Counted from the stretch's first letter, positions 45,969 to 58,405 are shown. The stretch is DNA of 64,000 nucleotides from an uncultured Alphaproteobacteria bacterium (GCA_963718265.1 CAVQZL010000021.1:58191-122190), one strand, 5' to 3'. Notes: a model not told the origin generated them from the sequence alone. Program-made: numbers and translations.

Positions 45969-46820
45969 ATGCATGAGCTCGAGACGATTATCAATGCTGC
46001 TTTCAAAGACCTTGCCCATATCAACCCGCAGACGCAAGGCGAAGTCCGGGATTCTGTCGAAGCAGCGTTAAGCCTGCTCGATTGTGGAAAACTCCGCGTC
46101 GCGGAAAAGATCGAAGGAGCTTCCGGGCTTGGCTCATGGAAAGTCAATGAATGGCTGAAAAAGGCCGTGCTTTTATCGTTTCGCTTGAACGACATGGCGG
46201 CAATTGCGGGCGGACCCGGCGGCTCCACCTGGTGGGATAAGGTTCCATCCAAATTTGCGGGCTGGGGCCCGGAACACCATGCGGCCGCAGGGTTTCGCTC
46301 GGTCCCGAATTGCGTGGTACGGCGCGGGGCTTACATCGCGCCGGGGACGATCTTGATGCCGTCGTTTGTCAATCTCGGCGCCTATGTCGATCGCGGCACG
46401 ATGGTTGATACTTGGGTCACTGTCGGCTCCTGCGCGCAAATCGGCAAGAATGTGCATCTTTCCGGCGGGGTTGGCATCGGCGGAGTTCTCGAACCTTTGC
46501 AAGCCAATCCCACCATCATCGAGGATGATTGTTTCATCGGCGCCCGATCGGAAATCGTCGAAGGGGTCATCGTGGGCCAAGGCTCGGTGATCGCGATGGG
46601 GACTTTCATTTCCGCCTCGACGAAAATCGTCGATCGGATAACCGGCGAGGTGCGCCTGGGTTTTGTGCCGCCCTATTCGGTTGTGGTCTCGGGCAATTTA
46701 CCCGGAAAACCCTTGGCCAGCGGCACGCCTGGCCCCTCGCTTTATTGCGCTGTGATCGTCAAAACTGTGGATGCAAAAACCCGCTCGAAAACCTCCATCA
46801 ACGAGCTTTTGCGGGAGTGA
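45969..46820 (+). CDS. dapD: Tetrahydrodipicolinate N-succinyltransferase
   Basis: [48 protein letters not shown]. Confidence 0.97.
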   Translation: MHELETIINAAFKDLAHINPQTQGEVRDSVEAALSLLDCGKLRVAEKIEGASGLGSWKVNEWLKKAVLLSFRLNDMAAIAGGPGGSTWWDKVPSKFAGWGPEHHAAAGFRSVPNCVVRRGAYIAPGTILMPSFVNLGAYVDRGTMVDTWVTVGSCAQIGKNVHLSGGVGIGGVLEPLQANPTIIEDDCFIGARSEIVEGVIVGQGSVIAMGTFISASTKIVDRITGEVRLGFVPPYSVVVSGNLPGKPLASGTPGPSLYCAVIVKTVDAKTRSKTSINELLRE

Positions 46821-46850
46821 TTGCTGCGTCTTTGCCGAATCCCCCGCCCA

Positions 46851-46905
46851 AATCTCGTATTTTCTTGCCGCGAACTGGTTCCCACTTCGCACCAAAATGC
46901 TCTAA
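46851..46905 (-). repeat. RIME/Bru-RS-like element
   Basis: Minus strand TAGAGCATTTT..TGCGAAGTGGGAACCAGTTCGC..AAGAAAATACG. Confidence 0.6.
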
Positions 46906-46938
46906 GACAGGCGGGCAAACCCGCGAAGTCCTGCAATC

Positions 46939-47785
46939 ATGACCACGCCGCCCCGTCCCGAGACCCTTGCGAGATCTCAGAATCGAGATCGATCGCATCG
47001 ACGCGGCGCTGCATCTTCTGTTAATGGAGCGCGGCGAAATCATCCACCGGCTGATCGAGGCGAAGGCGAGGGCCGGCGGCGGCTCGGCGTTCCGGCCCGG
47101 CCGCGAGGCCGACATGATGCGCGGCCTTGTGTCCCGCCACCAGGGCCTGCTGCCCCTCGACACCGTCGAGGGCATTTGGCGGATCATCATCTCGACCTTT
47201 ACCTTCGTCCAGTCGAATTACCGCGTCCATGCCGACATTTCCGGCGGCGATGCCGCGATGCGCGATAGCTGCCGGTTTCATTTCGGCTTCACGGTTCCAT
47301 ATGTTACGCATCAAGACGCCGCGCAGGTCATCGCGGCGGTGGCGCGATCGGGCGGCGATCTTGGCATGGTGCGGGCGGGAACGCCTGCCAGTCCATGGTG
47401 GCGCGGGCTAGCTGCGCCGGATGCGCCAAAGATCATCGCCAGGCTGCCGTTTGTCGAGCGCCCGGATCATCCGGCCGGAATGCCTGTATTCATCATCGCC
47501 CAGCCACTCGCCGAGGCGGCGGCGCGTGATGTTATTCTCTACGACGTGACAATTGCGGACGGCGCGGCCAATTTAGCTCCGGAGTTTGGCACGCGCGGGC
47601 TTGAGATACTTGGCCAATTTAAAGATGGGTCCGGGCTTACTTTGATGATCGCGACAGAGGCTGGGCTTGACGATTTGCGCCAGACCCTTGTTGGCGCCGG
47701 TGCGGCCGGACCAAGGATCACCGAAATTGGCAGCCACGCGGCGCGGTTCGATTTGAGCGAGGTCCAAAACCTGGCGGCGCAATGA
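46939..47785 (+). CDS. Chorismate mutase (frameshift near 46970)
   Basis: [34 protein letters not shown]; upstream of hisC-tyrA. Confidence 0.85.
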
Positions 47786-47807
47786 ATTTGTTCGGGAGTT
47801 TGCTCAG

Positions 47808-48938
47808 ATGACAAAAATTGCCATGTCCGGCGTAGAGGCGGGGCCGCGCCCGCGCGCGGCTATTTTTGACATCGATCCTTATGTTCCGGGCCAAAGCGCC
47901 GCGCCTGGCGCCCCCAGAGTATTCAAGCTTTCGGCGAACGAGACACCGCTTGGGCCATCGCCGCGCGCGCGGGAAGCTTTCCGTGGTTTTGCCGATCGCC
48001 TCCAGGATTATCCAGATGGCAACGCAACCGTCCTGCGCGAGGCGCTCGGCGCCAAGCACGGTTTCGATCCGGCAAGAATCGTCTGCGGCACTGGCTCGGA
48101 CGAAATCCTCCACCTTCTCGCCGCCGCCTACATCGGTCCGGGCGAGGAAGGCGTGTTCACGCAACATGGTTTTCTCGTTTATAAGATCGCCATACTCGCG
48201 GCGGGCGGGGTTCCGGTCGTCGCCGCAGAAAAGAATTTAACCGCCAGCGCCGATAATATCCTCGCCAAAATTGGCCCAAGAACCAAGATGGTCTTCCTCG
48301 CCAATCCGAACAATCCGACCGGCACCTATCTGCCCTTTGCCGAGGTCAAGCGACTCGCCCAAAACCTGCCCCCCCAAGTTCTCCTCGTTCTCGATGCAGC
48401 CTATGCCGAGTATGTGACGCGCGACGATTATTCGTCCGGCCTGGAGCTTGTCTCGAACAGCGAAAATGTCGTGATGACCCGCACTTTCTCGAAGATTTAT
48501 GGTCTTGCCGGGATAAGGCTTGGCTGGTGTTATGCGCCGCCCGGTGTGTGCGACGCGATCAATCGCATTCGCGGGCCTTTCAACACCAATGGCGCGGCCG
48601 GCGCGGCCGGGGTTGCGGCGCTGGACGACACCGGCCATATCGGCAAGGCTGTCACCCATAACGAGACTTGGCTTCCCTGGCTCGCCCGGGAAATCGCCGC
48701 GCTGGGAATCAAGATCACGCCAAGCGTTTGCAACTTCTTGCTATTGCATTTCGACGGCGTGACGCGAGCGCGGGCAGCGGACCGCTTCCTGTTGGACCGG
48801 GGGTTGATCCTGCGCGCCGTCAGCGCCTACGGGCTGCCGCACTCCCTGCGCCTCACGGTCGGCACGGAGGAGGCGAACGGTCTCGTTGTTGAGGCCCTCA
48901 AGGACTTCGTCAAGCTTGAAGGTCTGCCGCGTGCCTGA
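47808..48938 (+). CDS. hisC: Histidinol-phosphate aminotransferase
   Basis: [42 protein letters not shown]. Confidence 0.95.
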   Translation: MTKIAMSGVEAGPRPRAAIFDIDPYVPGQSAAPGAPRVFKLSANETPLGPSPRAREAFRGFADRLQDYPDGNATVLREALGAKHGFDPARIVCGTGSDEILHLLAAAYIGPGEEGVFTQHGFLVYKIAILAAGGVPVVAAEKNLTASADNILAKIGPRTKMVFLANPNNPTGTYLPFAEVKRLAQNLPPQVLLVLDAAYAEYVTRDDYSSGLELVSNSENVVMTRTFSKIYGLAGIRLGWCYAPPGVCDAINRIRGPFNTNGAAGAAGVAALDDTGHIGKAVTHNETWLPWLAREIAALGIKITPSVCNFLLLHFDGVTRARAADRFLLDRGLILRAVSAYGLPHSLRLTVGTEEANGLVVEALKDFVKLEGLPRA

Positions 48939-49878
48939 CGGTCTCGGGGCTCCGTTGAGCGAGCCTCTGTTCCAACGCCTCGCCCTCATCGGCACAGGTC
49001 TCATCGGCTCCTCGCTGGCGCGGGTCTGCCGGCGCAAGGGGCTCGTGCGCGAAATCGTTACCACCGACACATCAAGCGCCGTTCGCGCGAAGGCCGCGGA
49101 ACTCGCGCTCGCCGATCGCATCGTGGAGACGGCGGCTGCTGCGGTCGAGGGGGCCGGTCTCGTCATTCTCTGCGCTCCCGTGGGCGCGATGGGCGCGATC
49201 GCACGGGAAATTGGGCCGCACCTTTTGCCCGGTGCGATCGTGTCGGATGTTGGATCGGTCAAGACCTCGATCGTCAAAGCGGTCGCGCCGCATTTGCCGC
49301 CAAAAGTCCATTTTGTCCCCGCGCATCCCGTGGCGGGAACTGAGGAATCGGGACCCGCGGCAGGATTTTCGACGCTTTTTCTGAATCGCTGGACCATATT
49401 GACGCCGCCAGACGGGACAGATCCCAAGGCGGTGGCTAGACTCGCTTCGTTCTGGACCGCTGCTGGCGCCAATGTCGAAATCATGCCGCCGGCCCATCAC
49501 GATCTGGTGCTCGCGATCACCAGCCATGTGCCGCATCTCATCGCCTATAACATCGTCGGCACCGCCGCCGATCTCGAGGAAGTCACGCGGTCCGAAGTCA
49601 TCAAATTTTCGGCCGGGGGATTTCGCGATTTTACCCGGATCGCCGCCTCGGATCCCACGATGTGGCGCGATATTTTCCTCAACAACAAGGAGGCGGTGCT
49701 CGAAATGCTCGGCCGCTTCAACGAGGATCTCTCCGCGCTTCAGCGCATGATCCGCAATGGCGACGCCGAGGGGCTGTTCGATCTCTTCACCAGAACCAGG
49801 GCGATCCGGCGCGGCATTATCGAGCAAGGCCAAGAAACCGCCGCGCCGGATTTCGGCCGCCGCGCGGGCGAGACGTGA
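48931..49878 (+). CDS. tyrA: Prephenate/arogenate (cyclohexadienyl) dehydrogenase
   Basis: [41 protein letters not shown]. Confidence 0.93.
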   Translation: MPDGLGAPLSEPLFQRLALIGTGLIGSSLARVCRRKGLVREIVTTDTSSAVRAKAAELALADRIVETAAAAVEGAGLVILCAPVGAMGAIAREIGPHLLPGAIVSDVGSVKTSIVKAVAPHLPPKVHFVPAHPVAGTEESGPAAGFSTLFLNRWTILTPPDGTDPKAVARLASFWTAAGANVEIMPPAHHDLVLAITSHVPHLIAYNIVGTAADLEEVTRSEVIKFSAGGFRDFTRIAASDPTMWRDIFLNNKEAVLEMLGRFNEDLSALQRMIRNGDAEGLFDLFTRTRAIRRGIIEQGQETAAPDFGRRAGET

Positions 49879-49946
49879 CGCATTTTTCCGGTATTATGGC
49901 GCAGCTGCCACAAGAATTCTGAAAGCCGCGCGCCTATCTCTGCCGC

Positions 49947-50363
49947 ATGGCAGAAATTCGCACAGTCACCACGCTTCGTTCCAAACGAGCGGAAATCATA
50001 GCCTCGATCGCGAACTATGAAAAGAAGCGCGCGCCGATCTTGCACATATAACGGCGGCGATCACGATCTTTGAAGCCTCGGGCAAGGTCGAGGAAATCCC
50101 GCCCTATGTCAATATCCACCGCTGCTTCAAGTGAGGCGAGGCCATCAACCTATGCAAGGAAGCGCTAGCCAGCGGACCACTGGATACCCACCAGCTTTGC
50201 CTTGAGGGTTATGGCCGCAAAGGGGCTCGATACCTGCGACAAGGTGTTCGCTAAGGCCGTGGCGGCGCGCCTTATCCACGCGCTTCGCCAGCAATGTCGG
50301 CGCCGGCTTATTAATGGGACAGAGAAGCACTTGGGCGCGCGCGTATGGGCATTGCCGAAGTGA
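49947..50363 (+). pseudogene. Degraded hypothetical gene at the left end of the cassette
   Basis: MAEIRTVTTLRSKRAEIIASIANYEKK / RADLAHITAAITIFE...IHRCFK*GE...ARVWALPK; contains a frameshift and an internal TGA. Confidence 0.55.
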
Positions 50364-50497
50364 GCGTATTTTGACATAGGGCCGTTGCAAACCTCATGGT
50401 TGATAATTGGTTAAATCCATATAATTCTTATGATTAGTGCTAACTATTAATTTTGGCGGTTGGGCTCTGGCCGCTCTTAAGCCCCCTAGCCGTGAGC

Positions 50498-50529
50498 GCC
50501 TGCCGAAATGGAACGGCAGGCGTTTTTTT
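50498..50529 (+). terminator. Intrinsic terminator
   Basis: CGCCTGCCG-AAATGGAA-CGGCAGGCG followed by T7. Confidence 0.7.
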
Positions 50530-50584
50530 GCCATTAGGCAGCTTTAGCGGCGCTGGAGTTTGATGGTGTACGTTTGGAAGATAT

Positions 50585-51275
50585 TTAATTGATATTAAAT
50601 ATGTCCGGAGGCTTCGGGTCTGGCGTGAACTTAAATTCGAATACGCGCCCGTCGTGGGTGAGTGCATTGCCTTCGACCATGTAGACGGCCTGGCCGTCCC
50701 CCTGGAGATGTATGGAGCAAACCCCATCTGCGGGAACGACCGTCCCCCCGCTTACGACGAGTCGGTCTACAGTCAGGAAATAATATTCTGGCTTTAGCCG
50801 CATGTCTTTCCCGCCGCTGAAGGCGACGGCACCTAATATCTTAGACGGCACCTAATATCTTAGGAAGAACATTAATCTGCGTCCGTCCGTCCGTAAAATG
50901 CCCGTAAGCAAGCTTGTCCTCACATTCGAAATTCTTGCCGTCAATTTTAAAATCGCAATTGCCATCGAGCGTAACAATGGTTCCTGGTGGGATATCGCCA
51001 TTCTGGGCGGAAGCCTTTAAATTTACCTTTTTTGGCCTTTGTAAGTTCCACCAGAAGATCAGCGCAAGACCAGCGATCATGAATGGCAGATTAAGCCACG
51101 CCGGCGGATTGAGAAGATAAGCTATCATGGCGTGATAGCCGCCGATATCGTGGTAGGTAGCGGCAAAGGCGTCAACGCGGCCCCGCCAGTCAAGGCCCCA
51201 CTTAATAAAATCCCAAATCGGCCCAAGCCAAAACGCGCCGCCTAGAATCGCCTTCCAATATTTTTTGAACCACAT
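50585..51275 (-). pseudogene. Membrane-anchored hypothetical protein (223 aa) split by a 19-bp tandem duplication
   Basis: GACGGCACCTAATATCTTA occurs twice at 50825-50862. Removing one copy fuses ORFs 50841-51275 and 50585-50851 in frame (672 nt). Confidence 0.75.
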
Positions 51276-51281
51276 GGAGTA

Positions 51282-51313
51282 TCTCCTTCTAGGGGTTGTA
51301 CCCTAGAAGGAGA
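51282..51313. promoter_or_regulatory. Perfect 13-bp hairpin covering the cargo gene RBS
   Basis: TCTCCTTCTAGGG-GTTGTA-CCCTAGAAGGAGA; minus-strand AGAAGGAGA lies 6 nt before the ATG at 51275. Confidence 0.6.
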
Positions 51314-51419
51314 ACATGTTGGACTAGAAATCGCCTCTGGCCGGGTCATAGCGGACCCCGGCTTGTGGCGTCTGCGCCATAATACCGCATTTTTCCGCCC
51401 GGGGCCCGTTTTGGGCCGG

Positions 51420-52469
51420 TCAATAGAGCGGCGGAATTTGGATTTGCGTGCGGACCGGACCGATCAACAGAAAACCTTCGGAGAAGGTCAACGGCAGATT
51501 TATGCGCCCCATGCCAACGCCGCGTTGGCCGCCGCCGAGCAGCCCGGACAGAACATGGCCAGCAGCAATGAGCGCCGGATCGACACCCAAATGGCGCAGG
51601 GCCTTGTCGAGCCCCTTGAAACTGGCGTCGAGTTTGCCTTTCACGCGGTGCTCTTCGTCGAGATCGAGTCCACCCTTTGCATCGAAAATCATAGAACCGC
51701 TCGTCAGCGACCCGGCCGTGATTTCGAGATAGCCGTTCGCTGAGCGCCAATTTTCGAGAATGTCCTGGAGCGTTTCCGCCCCGCGTAAATCGGCCTGCGA
51801 TATTGTTCCTCTTAAATTCATGTCAACGGGAAGTTGCGTGACCAAAACATTGCTGAGCGCTGGAATTGAGCCCTGGTTGATAGAAACCATGAAATCATAG
51901 ACCTGGCCGTGCTGGTCCCGCGCAAGGACAACATTGACATCGCCGAGCGCGCCTTCCACCACGCCCACAGCTGCGGCCGTGCCTTGCAGCCGGACCTGCT
52001 TGCCCGCGAGAGCGACGCGATTGAGCGTGCCCGGCTTGCCTTCGAGATCGAGGAAAAGCTCTCCCCATTGCATCGTAATATCGACCGTGCCGCCGCTGGT
52101 TTTCATGGCAAACGGCGGGTCCAGCCGCGCCAGCACTTTGTCAGTCCGCAGCAGCGGCGAAGTGGCGCGGAAACCGCGCAAGGTTCCGCTTAGTGTCTCG
52201 CCAAGGAATTCGCCTTGAAAGAGGAAGTTGGCGCAGGAAATCTCAACCGAAAACGGAAAACCGCCGGTTTTCTGATTGGGGCAGGACCACGCGCGGCCGA
52301 GCTGCGCCTCATGCGCCGTCCAGGCTGCCAAGATGGCCACGGTCTCGCGCGACTTGACGTACCAGAATACTGGCCAGCCGATCGCCACTGCCATGATAAC
52401 GGCGACGGGCGGCAGCACCCAGGAATAGGCGGTACCGCGCTGCTTTGTCTTGAGGCCGCTGGACTGCAT
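51420..52469 (-). CDS. DUF2125-family protein
   Basis: N-terminal TM ending W..FWY, C...GGFPFS.EISC, LENWRSANG, GGLDLDEEHR..G, IGPV...IPPLY. Confidence 0.8.
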   Translation of the reverse strand: MQSSGLKTKQRGTAYSWVLPPVAVIMAVAIGWPVFWYVKSRETVAILAAWTAHEAQLGRAWSCPNQKTGGFPFSVEISCANFLFQGEFLGETLSGTLRGFRATSPLLRTDKVLARLDPPFAMKTSGGTVDITMQWGELFLDLEGKPGTLNRVALAGKQVRLQGTAAAVGVVEGALGDVNVVLARDQHGQVYDFMVSINQGSIPALSNVLVTQLPVDMNLRGTISQADLRGAETLQDILENWRSANGYLEITAGSLTSGSMIFDAKGGLDLDEEHRVKGKLDASFKGLDKALRHLGVDPALIAAGHVLSGLLGGGQRGVGMGRINLPLTFSEGFLLIGPVRTQIQIPPLY

Positions 52470-52559
52470 TAAGTGTTTTCTCCTGCGATTTCGGTCAACC
52501 GGCCGGTTTACTTATTGGCTGCGTCCATTGGTGTGGTGCCGCTGCAGCCGGATGCTCGC

Positions 52560-52790
52560 CGCGATTTCCGACGTTGGCCGGTTTGGCAGGGTGGTTGCGG
52601 CGGACAGTTTGACGAGGGGATCATCGCGCAAGGGCGCACTGGTTTCCCGCGTCATGGAACGGCAGCGCCACAGCGCCCCATTCGCCAGTTTGCTCCATCA
52701 GAATGGCGCCGGAAGGGAAATTGCTGGGCCAACGCGCCGGTTGAAGTTTGCTTCGGCACTCTGAAGGTGGAACACGTGCACCAGGCTTGT
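52560..52790 (+). pseudogene. IS3-family transposase remnant
   Basis: RRKGNCWANAPVEVCFGTLKVEHVH resembles the IS3 integrase-core motif 'RKGNCWDNAPMESFFGTLK.E'. Confidence 0.6.
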
Positions 52791-53049
52791 GGCAAAACCT
52801 AGGATGCCGCAGCCCCTGACCGGAACCATTAGTGGCCCACGTCGAGCTGTCACTTCCCAGCGCATTTGTCTGGCCAGGGTTGCGCCGCAAAAAGCTGTAT
52901 GTTAGGTGATCCCCGCCTCGTGGCGGCGCCGCTTTCCGTGACGCCTTTCCTCGTTTACCTGTTCCGGACCGCGTCTCGATTTTCCGCCGCGAAAAGCCGG
53001 ACCTTTGGAAAGCGGCTTCAACGGCCGTTTAAATTGTGGGAATTTCGCT

Positions 53050-53613
53050 TTGGCGGCGCAAGAGACGATCGTGTCCGGAATGGCGGGGCGTTATGCCCAG
53101 GCGCTCTTCGCGCTCTGTCAGGAAACCGGGACGACGGAACAGGCCGCCGCCGGTCTCGCCGCCTTCGCGGAACTGGCACGCTCAAGTGCGGATTTGCAAC
53201 GTTTCATCAAAAGCCCGATCTTCTCCGCCGAAGAACAAATTAAGGCGCTCGATGCGCTTCTCGCCAAGGTCGAAATCGGCGGGATCGCCGCCAAATTCAT
53301 CAAGCTCGTCGCGGCCAAGCGCAGGCTCTTCGCGATTTTCGACATGATCCGCGATTTCAATTTGCTCGATGACGCGCGAAAAGGCGTCACGCGGGCGAAT
53401 GTGACGGTCGCCGAGCCGCTCAAGCCCGAGCATGTCGAGGCGTTGCGGAACGCACTTACCGGTATTTCCGGCGGCGGCGAGGTCGCCATCGCGGTCAAGG
53501 TGGACCCGGCGATCATCGGCGGCCTTATCGTCAAACTGGGCTCGCGCATGGTTGACAGTTCCCTCAAAACAAAACTCAATACGATTCGTTTACGCATGAA
53601 AGAGACCGGCTAA
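53050..53613 (+). CDS. atpH: ATP synthase delta
   Basis: [31 protein letters not shown]; TTG start inferred. Confidence 0.95.
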   Translation: MAAQETIVSGMAGRYAQALFALCQETGTTEQAAAGLAAFAELARSSADLQRFIKSPIFSAEEQIKALDALLAKVEIGGIAAKFIKLVAAKRRLFAIFDMIRDFNLLDDARKGVTRANVTVAEPLKPEHVEALRNALTGISGGGEVAIAVKVDPAIIGGLIVKLGSRMVDSSLKTKLNTIRLRMKETG

Positions 53614-55143
53614 TGGAGATCCGCGCCGCGGAAATTTCCGCGATCCTGAAGAACGAGATCGCGAACTTCGGCAATGAAGCTGAGGTAACCGAGGTAGGCC
53701 AAGTCCTCTCGGTCGGAGACGGTATCGCTCGTGTCTATGGCCTCGACAACGTCCAGGCCGGCGAAATGGTCGAGTTCGAGAACGGCGTGCGCGGCATGGC
53801 CCTCAATCTTGAGAGCGATAACGTCGGCATTGTTATTTTCGGCAGCGACCGCGATATCAAGGAAGGCCAGACAGTCAAGCGGACTGGGGCCATCGTCGAT
53901 GTTCCCATCGGCAAGGGACTGCTCGGCCGCGTTGTTGACGCGCTCGGCAATCCGATTGACGGCAAAGGTCCGATCCTGGCGGAAAAGCGCGCCCGCGTCG
54001 ATGTCAAGGCACCGGGCATCATCCCGCGCAAATCCGTGCACGAGCCAATGGCGACCGGCCTCAAGGCGATCGACGCCCTGATCCCGATCGGGCGCGGCCA
54101 GCGCGAGTTGATCATCGGCGACCGCCAGACCGGCAAGACCGCGGTGGCGCTCGATACCATCCTCAATCAAAAGCCGCTGAACCAGGGCAGCGACGAAAAC
54201 CTCAAGCTCTATTGCGTCTATGTCGCGGTCGGACAGAAGCGCTCGACGGTCGCGCAATTCGTGAAAGTGTTGGAAGAACAGGGCGCACTGCCCTATTCGA
54301 TCATCGTCGCGGCGACCGCGTCCGATCCGGCGCCGATGCAGTTCCTGGCGCCGTTCGCCGGTTGCGCGATGGGCGAATATTTCCGCGACAACGGGATGCA
54401 CGCGCTGATCATTTACGACGATCTTTCGAAGCAAGCTGTCGCCTACCGCCAGATGTCTCTCTTGCTGCGCCGCCCGCCGGGGCGCGAGGCCTATCCGGGC
54501 GATGTGTTTTATCTGCATTCCCGGCTGCTCGAACGCGCGGCCAAACTCAACGAGACCAATGGCGCGGGCTCACTCACGGCGCTTCCGGTGATCGAGACGC
54601 AAGCCAACGACGTGTCCGCCTATATACCGACGAACGTCATTTCGATCACCGACGGCCAGATCTTTCTTGAGACAGATCTCTTCTATCAAGGCATCAGGCC
54701 CGCCGTGAATGTCGGTCTTTCCGTCTCGCGCGTCGGCTCCTCGGCGCAAACCAAGGCGATGAAGAAGGTCGCAGGCAAGATCAAGGGCGAACTCGCGCAA
54801 TATCGCGAAATGGCGGCTTTCGCGCAGTTCGGCTCCGACCTCGACGCGACGACACAGCGCCTGCTCGCGCGCGGCGCGCGCCTGACCGAACTTTTGAAGC
54901 AGGCACAGTTCTCGCCATTGAAGATGGAGGAGCAGGTTTGCGTGATCTATGCAGGGGTCAACGGTTATCTCGATGCGTTTCCGGTTGACCGCGTGCGGGC
55001 CTTCGAGGAAGGGCTCCTCGCGCTCTTGCGTGCGAGCCACAGCGGTCTCCTCGAGAACGATTCGCGGCTCGAAAGATCTTTCCGAAGAGTTGAATGCCAA
55101 ACTCAAATCGATCGTCGATGCCTACGCCAAGAATTTTGCTTGA
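53613..55143 (+). CDS. atpA: ATP synthase alpha (frameshift near 55056)
   Basis: [38 protein letters not shown]; C-terminus TIRGSKDL...KNFA lies in the next frame. Confidence 0.97.
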
Positions 55144-55180
55144 GTTGACGGCGCATGGAAAAAGGCGACGCGGATAGATC

Positions 55181-56056
55181 ATGCCCTCGCTGAAGGATCT
55201 GCGCAACCGGATCGCCTCCGTCAAGGCGACGCAAAAAATCACCAAGGCCATGCAAATGGTTGCGGCGGCGAAGTTGCGGCGCGCGCAGACGGCGGCCGAA
55301 TCGGCACGGCCTTATGCCGCGCGGATGGAGAAAGTTTTGGCCAATCTCGCCACCTCGATCGCGACGAGGGGCCACGTGCCGGCCCTGCTCGGGGGCGGCG
55401 GCGACAGCGTCCATCTCTTGGTCGTCTGTACCGCTGAACGCGGTCTTTGCGGCGCTTTTAATGCCTCGATCGCGCGTCTCGCGCGGGAGACGGCGCTGTC
55501 GCTCATGGGGCAAGGCAAGACAGTTAAGATCCTTTGCGTCGGCAAGAAAGGCCATGATATCCTGCGCCGGCAATTCGGACGCCAAATCATCGAAGTGATC
55601 GATTTGCGCTCGGTGCGAACACTTGGGTTCACCGATGCCGACGCGATCGGCCGCAAGATCGTTGCCTTGCATCAGGCTGGCGCATTCGACGTATGCACGT
55701 TGTTTTTTTCGCGGTTCAAATCGGTCATCGCGCAGATTCCGACCGCGCAGCAGCTTATTCCTGTCGCCCTCCCACCCGAGGAGAAAGCGGGGCAACCGCG
55801 GGCAGCTTACGAGTATGAGCCAGACGAGGAAGAAATTCTCGCGGCGCTGCTGCCGCGCAACATTTCGATTCAGATCCTGCGCGCGCTGCTTGAAAATGCC
55901 GCATCCGAACAAGGCGCGCGGATGAGCGCGATGGATAACGCCTCGCGCAATGCCGGCGAAATGATCAGGAAGCAAACCATGAAATATAACCGCTCGCGCC
56001 AGGCGATGATCACCAAGGAGCTGATCGAGATCATCTCCGGCGCCGAAGCGCTCTAA
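55181..56056 (+). CDS. atpG: ATP synthase gamma
   Basis: [43 protein letters not shown]. Confidence 0.97.
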   Translation: MPSLKDLRNRIASVKATQKITKAMQMVAAAKLRRAQTAAESARPYAARMEKVLANLATSIATRGHVPALLGGGGDSVHLLVVCTAERGLCGAFNASIARLARETALSLMGQGKTVKILCVGKKGHDILRRQFGRQIIEVIDLRSVRTLGFTDADAIGRKIVALHQAGAFDVCTLFFSRFKSVIAQIPTAQQLIPVALPPEEKAGQPRAAYEYEPDEEEILAALLPRNISIQILRALLENAASEQGARMSAMDNASRNAGEMIRKQTMKYNRSRQAMITKELIEIISGAEAL

Positions 56057-57562
<1,506 letters not shown>

Positions 57563-57574
57563 TAGGAATACGCG

Positions 57575-57976
57575 ATGGCGGCTTTTCACTTTGAACTCGT
57601 CTCTCCCGAAAAACTCGTCTTTTCGGGAGACGTCGAAGCTGTGGTTGTTCCCGGAACGGAAGGCGAATTCACCGTCCTCAAGGATCATGCCCCTTTGATC
57701 TCGACGATGAAGCCAGGCGTTCTCGTGATCGACGAAACGCCGGCAAAAAAACTGCGTCTCTTCGTGCGCGGCGGTTTCGCCGAGGTTGCGACCTCCGGCC
57801 TTACCATCCTCGCGGAGCAAACGATTCCTCTCGCGGAACTCGACGCCGCAAGGCTCGATGCGGAGCTTGAAAATTTCCAAGATGAAGTTGCCCGCGCCAA
57901 CACGGACGAAGCGCGCCGGATGGCGGCAGAGAAGCGCGACCAACTGCTAGAACTGAGGGCCGCGCTTAAGATCTGA
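57575..57976 (+). CDS. atpC: ATP synthase epsilon
   Basis: [25 protein letters not shown]. Confidence 0.96.
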   Translation: MAAFHFELVSPEKLVFSGDVEAVVVPGTEGEFTVLKDHAPLISTMKPGVLVIDETPAKKLRLFVRGGFAEVATSGLTILAEQTIPLAELDAARLDAELENFQDEVARANTDEARRMAAEKRDQLLELRAALKI

Positions 57977-58127
57977 CCGGCGTTGCACGCGGCACGTTTG
58001 AGTAACTGCGCAGGGTCCTTTCAAGAGGCTCCCAGCAACGAGGCATATTAGCACGATTTCTAGCAGTGTCATGATTGTGGTCTCCCAAAATGCCCAATTT
58101 CCAGCCTCCCGAAGGCGTCGGTCCTGC

Positions 58128-58325
58128 TCACCCAATGTTGACATTGCCACTGCTTGGGGCCGCGTCGTAAGACGCAGTGTTGCCAACGTCGCTCTTGTCT
58201 TCTGTCACTGGACCAGCAAAAGGCGTCTCAGAAAGAAAAAAGGCATACACAAACAGCGCGGCCTTCAGAGAACCGAAAAGTGCGAGCCTAGCAGAACCGA
58301 GAAGGGCGTCCTTTAGAATACTCAT
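58128..58325 (-). CDS. Small hypothetical protein with hydrophobic N-terminus
   Basis: GGAGAG RBS before ATG; 65 aa; no recognised family. Confidence 0.35.
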   Translation of the reverse strand: MSILKDALLGSARLALFGSLKAALFVYAFFLSETPFAGPVTEDKSDVGNTASYDAAPSSGNVNIG

Positions 58326-58405
58326 TGTTACTCTCCGCTATCCTTGAAATGACGCGATAGGATCGCGGTTCCTGAAATCACGCGGACGTGAATGTCCGCT
58401 GCGCC

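Larger units (their letters stand above)
49889..51387. mobile_element. Non-autonomous IS1595-family (ISNha5-type) cassette, 1,499 bp
   Basis: 26-bp inverted repeats CGGTATTATGGCGCAGCTGCCACAAG / CTTGTGGCGTCTGCGCCATAATACCG (24/26 match), flanked by 8-bp direct repeat CATTTTTC (49881-49888, 51388-51395). No transposase ORF inside. Confidence 0.88.
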
